DNA of 64,000 nucleotides from Candidatus Eiseniibacteriota bacterium (GTDB lineage Bacteria; Eisenbacteria; RBG-16-71-46): NCBI GenBank assembly GCA_963744995.1, contig CAVUWA010000011.1, positions 320,001 to 384,000 of the forward strand, read 5' to 3'. Shown piece by piece: positions 56,606 to 64,000 of this stretch (position 1 is its first letter; each line of letters starts with the position of its first letter). The notes under the pieces were generated by a model. It saw only the letters and a program-made list of their open reading frames with translations, ran no database searches and was not told where the DNA came from. The position numbers and the translations under genes were made by a program.

Positions 56606-58234
56606 CTACTGTCCGCCGGCCCCCGTCGTATCGCCCGGCGCCGGGGTCGATTCGGGCATCGGCGTGGTGGTCGAGTCGGGCATCGGTGTGCCGGTCGAGT
56701 CCGGCTTCGGGGCTGCGGTCGTGTCCGGCATCGCCTCGTTCTCCTTCAGCAGCCGCCGGCGCTCGACCTCGCGCTTCAGCACGTCCTTGTTGAGCACCAC
56801 GAACTCGACGCGGCGGTTCTTCGCCATGTTGAGGTCGGTGGTGTTCGGCGCGACCGGCCGCGATTCACCGTAGCCCTTCACCGTGAACTGCTCCGGCTTG
56901 AGGTCCGGGTGTTTCTGCAGCAGGTAGTCGTACACGGCCTGCGCGCGCTGCTGGCTCAGGCGCTGGTTGTAGCCCGCCGAGCCGCGCGAGTCGGTGTGGC
57001 CGCCGATCTCGATTCTGAGCTCCGGCCACTTCTTGAGGACCGTCGCGACGATGTCGAGCGTGGGGTACGACTCCGGCAGGATGTCGGCCTTGCCGGTCTC
57101 GAAGTTGATGTTCTCGATCCGGATCATGCCGGTGTCGAGCAGCTCGGTCTCCTTCTCGACCACTTCGATCGGGCAGCCGTGGGCGTCGACCTTGAGACCC
57201 GGCGAGGTGTCCGGGCACTGGTCGATGCCGTCCACGACGCCGTCGCCGTCCTGGTCGTTCGGGCAGCCCTTCTCGTCGACCGACGCGCCCTTCGGGGTGT
57301 TTTCGCACTGGTCGATCCCGTCGAAGACGCCGTCGCCGTCGGAGTCGATCGGGCAGCCCTTCTCGTCCACCTTCGCGCCCTTCGGCGTGTCGGCGCACTG
57401 GTCCAGCCCATCGCAGACGCCGTCGCCGTCGGAATCCACGGAGCAACCGGTCGCATCCACCACGCAGCCCGCGGGGGTGCCCGGGCACTTGTCGAGGCCG
57501 TCGAACACCTTGTCGCCGTCGGTGTCGAGCGGACAGCCGTTGGCGTCCACGGTCGCGCCGAGCGGCGTGTCGGGGCACTTGTCGTGGCGATCGGAGACGC
57601 CGTCGCCGTCGGTGTCGCGGCCCCTCGCGCCGAGCGCGAGCGTGATGCCGCCGCCAAGCACCATGTAGTGCAGGTTCGGGTCGTCCGAGTTCTTCGGGAT
57701 CCAGGTGATGCTGCGCGCTTCGAGCCGCACGCCGATCATGTCGGTGAGCCACAGCCGCACGCCGCCGCCCGCTTCGACCACGCCCTGGTCGAAGTCGTCG
57801 CCGTTGTTCGGCTTGATGCGCGCGCCGCCGAAACCGCCGAACAGGTAGGGCCCGCCGTAGCGGCCCTGCCACGGCGTCAGCATGATGTCGGCCGAAGCGT
57901 GCATGAAGTCGATGTCGCCGCCGCCCACCGTGTCTTCGGTGGTCGGCGTGAAGCCGGCCGCGACCTCGAGGCCGAGCCAGCTGGTGTACTGCCAGCCGAG
58001 CCGTGCGCCGAGGTAGAGGTCGTCGGTGAGCGTGCGCCCGCTGATCGCGGCGGTCGCCGAGTCGGCGTTCGGGCTGGTGCGCAGGCCGTTCAGGTACTGC
58101 AGGTTGTTGTCGAAGATCGTGTAGCCCGCGAAGGGCGTGAGCGTGAAATACGATCCGACCGGGTCCGCCAGCGCCGGCTGCGTCGCGACGAGCGCGGCCA
58201 GCGCCACGAGTGCCAACCGAATGCGTGGCTGCAT
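56606..58234 (-). CDS. OmpA family protein with beta-barrel, thrombospondin type-3 repeats and OmpA_C domain
   Basis: Signal peptide, DxDGDGV.D..D.CP repeats, INFETGK, GHTD, LSQQRA and NRRVEF motifs. Confidence 0.93.
   Translation of the reverse strand: MQPRIRLALVALAALVATQPALADPVGSYFTLTPFAGYTIFDNNLQYLNGLRTSPNADSATAAISGRTLTDDLYLGARLGWQYTSWLGLEVAAGFTPTTEDTVGGGDIDFMHASADIMLTPWQGRYGGPYLFGGFGGARIKPNNGDDFDQGVVEAGGGVRLWLTDMIGVRLEARSITWIPKNSDDPNLHYMVLGGGITLALGARGRDTDGDGVSDRHDKCPDTPLGATVDANGCPLDTDGDKVFDGLDKCPGTPAGCVVDATGCSVDSDGDGVCDGLDQCADTPKGAKVDEKGCPIDSDGDGVFDGIDQCENTPKGASVDEKGCPNDQDGDGVVDGIDQCPDTSPGLKVDAHGCPIEVVEKETELLDTGMIRIENINFETGKADILPESYPTLDIVATVLKKWPELRIEIGGHTDSRGSAGYNQRLSQQRAQAVYDYLLQKHPDLKPEQFTVKGYGESRPVAPNTTDLNMAKNRRVEFVVLNKDVLKREVERRRLLKENEAMPDTTAAPKPDSTGTPMPDSTTTPMPESTPAPGDTTGAGGQ
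57167..57616 (-). repeat. Five 90-bp coding repeats (TSP3 Ca-binding)
   Basis: Five 30-aa units beginning DTDGD, DTDGD, DSDGD, DSDGD and DQDGD. Confidence 0.85.
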
Positions 58235-58413
58235 GCTTCCTCCTTGGCTGAAGCCCCGGTCAGATCGTCAGGGCTCGAAAGTCTTCCTGGTCGGCAGGGC
58301 CGAATCGCCGGGACGATAGCGGCGGGGTCTGCCGCTGGCAAGCTCCGGCTCGGTCGCCGGCGCGCCCCGGCGCGGACGCGGGCCCGCGGCTGAAGCGCCT
58401 TGCCCCGATGCGG

Positions 58414-59652
58414 TTAGAAGGTCGCCTGCAGCTGCAGGAACCCCTTGTCGTGCACGAACCAGACGTCGTACGGCTCGGGATCGAGCTCGATGCCCTCGAC
58501 GCCCTGCACGCGGACGTTCGCGAAGCGCACCGACAGACCGACGTAGGCACGCGACTCGTTGCGCGTGCCGTAGGTGAAGTATTTCGGCAGACCCGCTTCG
58601 GCGACGGTAATCCGGTCGAACAGGCCGCCCAGGTGCAGGTTCACGTTCGGGGCCATGGGAACGCGGGCTTCGAACATCATCAGGCGGTCGATCGCGTCGA
58701 AGCGGCCCGGGCCGATCGGCGCGCGCGCGCTCTGGCGACGCGCCTGATAGAGGTAGCGCGCCTCGCCCTCGACGCGGCCGAACAGGCGACGCGTCGCCGC
58801 GATCTCCGCATCCCACTGGCGCCGGAACGTGCCGCCGTCGCCGGTGGACAGATCCTGCGGCTGCAGGCTGCTCTCGGCCTGGAGGTTGGTGCCGCGCAAC
58901 TCCCAGAGGAGCCCGCCCAGCTCGAGCTCGGCGAGCCCGTACGCCGTCGCGCCCCACAGGCGCTGCGTGTCGTCCACCGGCGTGCCGATGATCGTCTTCA
59001 CCGACGGCGTGAGCCACGTGCCACCCGTCTCGAGCCGCCGCACGAGCCCCGTGCCGCGGCGCACGATCCGCAGGTTGGGCTCGTAGGGGTGGCGCATGTA
59101 CGGTTCGGACGCGTTGCCGACGCGGGTCTGGCGGAACTCCCACAGGTTGTTGAACGTGTCCTCGAACACGAACATCGCCTGGACCTGCAGCGCGGAGGTG
59201 TCGCTGCCGGCCTCCCAGGTGACGCCGAAGTCCTGTTTGCTCTTGTCGTAGAGCGGCCGGAACATCGCGCCGAACGTGCCGAGGCCGGTCGGGAAGCGGA
59301 ACGAAAAGTCCACGTAGTCGTAGGTGGACTGGTCGCTGTTGTTCTGCAGGAGGTCGATCCCGAACTGCGCGTTCTGGCCGAGCGCGGTGCGCACCTTGAG
59401 ATCGGTGCTGATGAACCACTGGCCCGAGGTGAGACAGCCCTGCGAAGTGCGGATCGCCGATTCGGCGTGCTCCCACTCCGACCGCCACGCGCGCGGCGCC
59501 CGCGTCAGCATGTGGTCGAGCAGGCTCTCGTCGTCCTCTTCCTGGAGCGCGACGTCGAAGGTCGAGAACTGCTCCGTGCCAGCGCGCACGCGCGGCGCCA
59601 GCGCCAGCAGCATGCAGGTCGCGACCGCGACCGGTGCGAGGCGCGGCCTCAT
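58414..59652 (-). CDS. Hypothetical outer-membrane beta-barrel protein
   Basis: Signal peptide, amphipathic strands, ends LQLQATF. Confidence 0.7.
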   Translation of the reverse strand: MRPRLAPVAVATCMLLALAPRVRAGTEQFSTFDVALQEEDDESLLDHMLTRAPRAWRSEWEHAESAIRTSQGCLTSGQWFISTDLKVRTALGQNAQFGIDLLQNNSDQSTYDYVDFSFRFPTGLGTFGAMFRPLYDKSKQDFGVTWEAGSDTSALQVQAMFVFEDTFNNLWEFRQTRVGNASEPYMRHPYEPNLRIVRRGTGLVRRLETGGTWLTPSVKTIIGTPVDDTQRLWGATAYGLAELELGGLLWELRGTNLQAESSLQPQDLSTGDGGTFRRQWDAEIAATRRLFGRVEGEARYLYQARRQSARAPIGPGRFDAIDRLMMFEARVPMAPNVNLHLGGLFDRITVAEAGLPKYFTYGTRNESRAYVGLSVRFANVRVQGVEGIELDPEPYDVWFVHDKGFLQLQATF

Positions 59653-60315
59653 CTAGGTTCCCTTCGGCAGCGTGCCGGCCGCCCGCGCTTCAGTGATGCG
59701 GTGGGCGAACGCCTTCGCGCGTTTGGTGATCTCGTCGAACTTGCCCGCCTCGGCCAGCTTCGGGTCGGCGAGCGCGGCGCCGAGACCGACCCCGAGGCAG
59801 CCCGCGCGCAGGAACGCGATGGTGTTCTCGAGCGTGGTGCCGCCGGCGGCGAGCATCGGGATGTGCGGCAGCGGCTCGCGGATCGTCTGAATGTACGGCG
59901 GCCCGCCGGAGATGCCGACCGGATAGACCTTGATCACGTGCGCGCCCGCGGCGTGCGCCGCCACGATCTCGGTCGTCGTGTACGCGCCCGGCACGTACAT
60001 CACCCCGGCACGCAGGGCGATCTCGGCGATCACCGGCGAGAAGTTGGGAGCGACGATGAACCGCGCCCCCGCGGCCAGCGCATCGCGCGCCTGGTCTTCG
60101 GTGAGCACGGTGCCGGCGCCGACCACCAGCCCCTCGCGGCCCGAGAGTTCGGCCATGACACTGGGCGCAGAGGGGACGCTGAAGGTGATCTCGATCAGCG
60201 AGATGTTGCCGCGGGCGACGGCTTCGGCGGCGCCGAGCGCCGCGGCCGTCGAGGTGGAACGAATCACGGCGAGCAGATGTTGCTCGCGCAGACGGGTGAG
60301 AGCGACCGCTTCCAT
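59653..60315 (-). CDS. eda: KHG/KDPG aldolase
   Basis: AVIR, IEIT, VGAGTV, PGAYTTTE, IKVYP and GG motifs. Confidence 0.9.
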   Translation of the reverse strand: MEAVALTRLREQHLLAVIRSTSTAAALGAAEAVARGNISLIEITFSVPSAPSVMAELSGREGLVVGAGTVLTEDQARDALAAGARFIVAPNFSPVIAEIALRAGVMYVPGAYTTTEIVAAHAAGAHVIKVYPVGISGGPPYIQTIREPLPHIPMLAAGGTTLENTIAFLRAGCLGVGLGAALADPKLAEAGKFDEITKRAKAFAHRITEARAAGTLPKGT

Positions 60316-60633
60316 GCGTTCGGGCTCCTCGAGGTCAGGCGCGCCGTCACGCGGCGGAGAACCCGCGTTGCGACGTGCATCCATGCGCGCCGGCGTCCGT
60401 GCCGGCAGGCGGCCTGTTCAGAGGGCAGCCTAGCGGACCCGGGCCCGCGTCACAATGCGAAGTTGGGCGCCGCCCGGGCCGGCGCCCGCGCGGCCCGCGC
60501 CGGCCGTCACGCGCGGCGGTCGGCACGATTTTGGGATTCGCTGAAGTGTTCCGGACATCTTCATGTCTCCCGGCGCGCGCCCGCCCTGCGTTCGCTTGCC
60601 CGACCCGAGTCGCCCGTGCAGTATCGATGGGCC

Positions 60634-63237
60634 ATGCCTTCGCCTCGACGCCTGCCCCGCCCCGTCTTCGCCGCGCTGATCGCCGTCGCCGTGCTCGCCG
60701 GCGTGTGCCTGCTCGCGTGGGCGGCGCTGGCGATCCTGTTCCCGCCCGCGAAGCTGCGCGCCATGCTGCAGGGAGAGGCCTCGTCGGCGCTGTCACGCGA
60801 CACGCGCTTCGGCGACGTCTCGCTCGGGCTGTTCCCGCCGGTGCGACTCACGGTGAAGGATGCCGCCCTCGCCGAGCCCGGCGGCTTCGACGCCGGCGCG
60901 GCGCTCAGCGCGCGCTCGGTGTACCTGGACCTCGACGTCTTCGCGCTGCTGGTGCGGCGCGTGGTGGTGCGCCGGCTCACGCTCGACCACCCCGTGCTCC
61001 ATCTGGTGATGCGCGCGGACGGCTCGACCAACTTCGATGGCATCGGAGCGGCCCAGGGCGCCGCCGCGCCGGGCGGGAAACCCGCGCCGGCGGCGGGCGG
61101 CGGTCTCGAGATCGCCGTTCAGGACTTCCAGATCCACGACGGCGAGGTGCTGATCGACGACCTCCGCTCGCGGCGCCGCACGATGTTCGACGTCGGCACG
61201 CGCCTGTCGCTCGCGGCGGGCGGCGGCGACCGCATCCGCACCCGCGGCGCCTCCGAGGTGTCGGGCGTTGCGTTCGGACCGCTCACCGCGCGGCGCCGCG
61301 AGGATCTCGCCGGTCCGCTCGCCGCGATCACCTGGCGGATCGAGCATGACGGTGTGTACGACGGCGCGCAGAATCGGCTCGCCCTCGAGAAGCTCGCGCT
61401 CGCCTTCGGCCGCTCCGAGCTGGCGTTTCAGGGCATCGTCGACGATCCGGGCCCGAAGGCGCGGCTCGACCTGCACGCGAGCGGCTCGGGCCTGGACCTC
61501 GCGGAGATCCTGAAGCTCCTCGCCGAGGCGGATGCACGCGCGCTCAACGGCATCTCGGGCAGCGGACAGGTCGCCTTCGACCTCGCCGTGCGCGGCGCGC
61601 TCGGTGCCGACCGGCTGCCGGACGTCACCGGGACCATCGGCGTGCGCGACGCGGCGTTCCGCTACGCCGGCGCTCCGGCGGGCGTCGAGGGGCTCGCGTT
61701 CACCGCGCGCCTCGCCCCCGACAGCCTGACGATCGACGATCTCACGGCGAACGTCGCGGCCGCGCAGCAGAACGCGACGCCGGTCAAGGCGCGGCTCGAG
61801 GTCTGGCGTTTCGAGGACCCGCAGGTGCGCTTCGCGGTCGCGGGCGACGTGGACCTTGCCGCGGTGTCGCCGCTTCTGGCCGAGCAGAAGACGAAGCTCG
61901 CCGGGCGCGCGCGGCTGGACATTCGCGGCAACGGTCCCGCGAAGGATCCGGGCGCGATGGCGCTCGAAGGCAGCGGGCGGCTCGACGGCGTGAGCGTCGA
62001 AGCGCCGGACCTGCCGAAGAAAGTCGAGAAGATCAGCGGTTCCTTCACCGCGTCCAGGTCCGCGGTTCAGGTGAAGGGCCTCACCGCGTCCGCCGGCGCG
62101 TCGTCGTTCACGCTCGACGGGCGCATCGAGCGGCCGCTCGCGCTCATGGCGAGCCCGAAAGGGAAGGCCGGCCAACCGCCGGTCGCGCCCGCGCAGGTCG
62201 ACTTCACGCTGGAATCGCCGCACCTCGATCTGGACGAGCTGCTGCCGGCGACACCGGGCTCGCCGCTGCTGCCGAACGCGCAGGGCACCGGCCGGGTGAA
62301 GATCGCCGAGCTCAGGCAGGACCGGCTGGACGTGAAGAACGTCGTCGCACGGCTCGCGCTCGACCCGGGCGTGGTCACGGTTCCCGCGTTCACCTTCGAC
62401 GGGTACGGCGGCCAGGTCGGCGGCCACGCGCGCATCGACCTCAACGACCCGGCGAAGCCGGTGTTCGCGCTGAGCGCGACCGTGAAGGACGTGAAGGCGG
62501 ACGACATCCTGTCCACCTGGACGCCGGCGAAGGACCTGGTGCACGGGGTCCTGAACTCCAACATCGAGCTGAGCGGCGAAGGGATGACCGCGGCCGATCT
62601 GTCGAAGTCGCTCACCGCCGTCGGGCTCGCGGCGCTCGCCAACGGCACGTTCGGACCCGGACCGACGCTCGAGAAGATCGCGGCGTTCACCTCGATTCCG
62701 CAGTTCAAGGAGCTGCACGTGCGCGACGGCACCTTCCCGTTCGCGGTCGAAGCGGGGCGCGTGAGCTTCCGCGAGGTGCATTTCGACGGCCCGACCGGCG
62801 ACTGGCGCATCGCGGGGTCGGTGGGTTTCGACGGCACGCTCGACTACGCGGTCAGCGCTTCGCTGCCCGCCGACATCGCGAATCAGCTCGGCACCGCGGG
62901 CGCGATCGCGGCCGGCGCGCTCAAGGACCAGAACGGCGAGATCCTGCTCGACCTGCGCGTCACCGGTCCCGCGAAGGCGCCGAAGGTCTCGTGGGACAAG
63001 CGCGCCATGCTCGACCGCCTGATGGGCAAGAACTCCCAGGCGATCGCCGAGAAGGGCAAGCAGCTCGGCAAGGAAGCGCTGCAGGCGCTGGGCGAGCGCG
63101 GCGCGGGCACCCAGGACACCTCGCTCGCCGGCTACGAAGCGCGCATCAAGGCGGTCGCCGACAGCCTCAAGAAGCTCAAGGCGAAGGACGTCCTGAAGAA
63201 CCTGTTCGGCGGCGGCAAGAAGGACACCGTCTGGTAG
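60634..63237 (+). CDS. AsmA family protein
   Basis: N-terminal TM, LGLFPPVRL, DGSTNFD, YGG and GSVGFDGTLDY motifs. Confidence 0.85.
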   Translation: MPSPRRLPRPVFAALIAVAVLAGVCLLAWAALAILFPPAKLRAMLQGEASSALSRDTRFGDVSLGLFPPVRLTVKDAALAEPGGFDAGAALSARSVYLDLDVFALLVRRVVVRRLTLDHPVLHLVMRADGSTNFDGIGAAQGAAAPGGKPAPAAGGGLEIAVQDFQIHDGEVLIDDLRSRRRTMFDVGTRLSLAAGGGDRIRTRGASEVSGVAFGPLTARRREDLAGPLAAITWRIEHDGVYDGAQNRLALEKLALAFGRSELAFQGIVDDPGPKARLDLHASGSGLDLAEILKLLAEADARALNGISGSGQVAFDLAVRGALGADRLPDVTGTIGVRDAAFRYAGAPAGVEGLAFTARLAPDSLTIDDLTANVAAAQQNATPVKARLEVWRFEDPQVRFAVAGDVDLAAVSPLLAEQKTKLAGRARLDIRGNGPAKDPGAMALEGSGRLDGVSVEAPDLPKKVEKISGSFTASRSAVQVKGLTASAGASSFTLDGRIERPLALMASPKGKAGQPPVAPAQVDFTLESPHLDLDELLPATPGSPLLPNAQGTGRVKIAELRQDRLDVKNVVARLALDPGVVTVPAFTFDGYGGQVGGHARIDLNDPAKPVFALSATVKDVKADDILSTWTPAKDLVHGVLNSNIELSGEGMTAADLSKSLTAVGLAALANGTFGPGPTLEKIAAFTSIPQFKELHVRDGTFPFAVEAGRVSFREVHFDGPTGDWRIAGSVGFDGTLDYAVSASLPADIANQLGTAGAIAAGALKDQNGEILLDLRVTGPAKAPKVSWDKRAMLDRLMGKNSQAIAEKGKQLGKEALQALGERGAGTQDTSLAGYEARIKAVADSLKKLKAKDVLKNLFGGGKKDTVW

Positions 63238-63371
63238 CGGCGCCGGGCCACGCACATTCCGCAGGCCCTGCCGACACGCCGCACGGCGTGACGATCGGCT
63301 GACGGCCCGGCCCGCGCCCGCGTCGCGAGGCCGTGCGCCCGGGTCGCGCAACGGCCGGCCTCACGAATAGA

Positions 63372-63394
63372 GGGGCGGCCGCGCGGGCCGCCCC
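63372..63394. terminator. GC hairpin between convergent genes
   Basis: GGGGCGGCC-GCGCG-GGCCGCCCC. Confidence 0.5.
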
Positions 63395-63763
63395 GTCTCG
63401 TTCGCCGTGCCGGTCGTGGGCCGTGCCTCAGGAACCGACCTCCTCCACGCGCAGCTGGTCGACCACGGCGCGCGCGCCGCGGTCCGTCACGTGACCGTCA
63501 GAATCCGCCCCGATCGATCGAGGCGCGGGGGCAGGACGTGTCGGGCTCGCCCGAGAGCAGGGGACGGGCCGGGCGCCAACGCCCGGCCCGCGGGGATCGT
63601 TCCGACCGGCCCATGCTTCCGGCGGAACGCGCCACCTCTGTCGTCTGAACGGAGTTGCCCGATACGACGGGCCGCGGGGCCGGCCGGCCGGGTGCGTGCG
63701 GAACCGTGGCCGACTCCGGCCGGATCCCGCACCCCGCCCCGCCCGGCGCGGCCACGCAGGCGA

Positions 63764-64000
63764 TCACCGCGTCCACAGCTTTTCCCACCAGCGCTTCGCC
63801 GCCACGTGGTCGGACGGCGCCGACCAGTCCGCCGCCACCGCCATGCGCCCGCGAATGTCGGCGAGCGACCAGCCCGTGAGCGCGGCGAGGTTCTCGGCCT
63901 TCTGCCGGCGGCGCTCGGCCAGCCCGTCGCGGTACTGCTGTGCCGCGTCGCAGTCGCCGTCGCCCTTCCAGAAGTGCTGCATGACGAAGCGGCCCTGGAA
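63764..64000 (-). CDS. C-terminus of a DUF2330-like protein (partial)
   Basis: The frame is open to the window end: FQGRFVMQH...C...Y...AENLAALTGW...WWEKLW. Confidence 0.6.
   Translation of the reverse strand, partial: FQGRFVMQHFWKGDGDCDAAQQYRDGLAERRRQKAENLAALTGWSLADIRGRMAVAADWSAPSDHVAAKRWWEKLWTR

Noticed and set aside
57167..57616. CRISPR-like periodic repeats
   Set aside because: These are in-frame 90-bp thrombospondin type-3 coding repeats. No cas genes are present in the window.
58408..60633. N-terminal 742 aa of the 1609-aa ORF
   Set aside because: Antisense to the barrel and eda genes. The real AsmA begins near 60634.
63428..63500. Possible BON-domain remnant (RGARAVVDQLRVEEVGS*) on the minus strand
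   Set aside because: Too short, with no convincing start or upstream similarity.

Overview
High-GC bacterial window dominated by a complete proteobacterial-type (T6SS-i) type VI secretion locus. All 13 core genes are recognisable on the minus strand, split into two arms: tssA-tssB-tssC-hcp-tagJ-tssE-tssF-tssG-clpV plus vgrG, and tssJ-tssK-tssL-tssM. The arms are separated by three DUF3857/transglutaminase-like genes and a small secreted protein. Upstream of tssJ is an unusual phosphothreonine signalling operon: Zn-ribbon-FHA, FHA-FHA-TM-lytic transglycosylase, vWA-TM-FHA, PP2C, Ser/Thr kinase-TPR-PEGA, TPR-beta-barrel and a c-type haem lipoprotein. A plus-strand effector operon (DUF6484, TIGR02270-like, DUF2169, ketosynthase-like, DUF4150/PAAR-like toxin, putative immunity, HExxH peptidase) carries a C-terminal toxin that, by eye, resembles the anthrax EF/CyaA/ExoY nucleotidyl cyclases. 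Further candidate effectors are a lipase and an amidase with an adjacent lipoprotein. The flanks hold DUF169, ogt, a DUF222-like HNH endonuclease with two perfect in-frame palindromes, cydAB, ICMT, DUF2231, an aspartyl protease, an M20 amidohydrolase, OmpA, eda, AsmA and a partial DUF2330. No rRNA, tRNA or CRISPR array was seen. All family calls come from motif recognition by eye, not from database searches.
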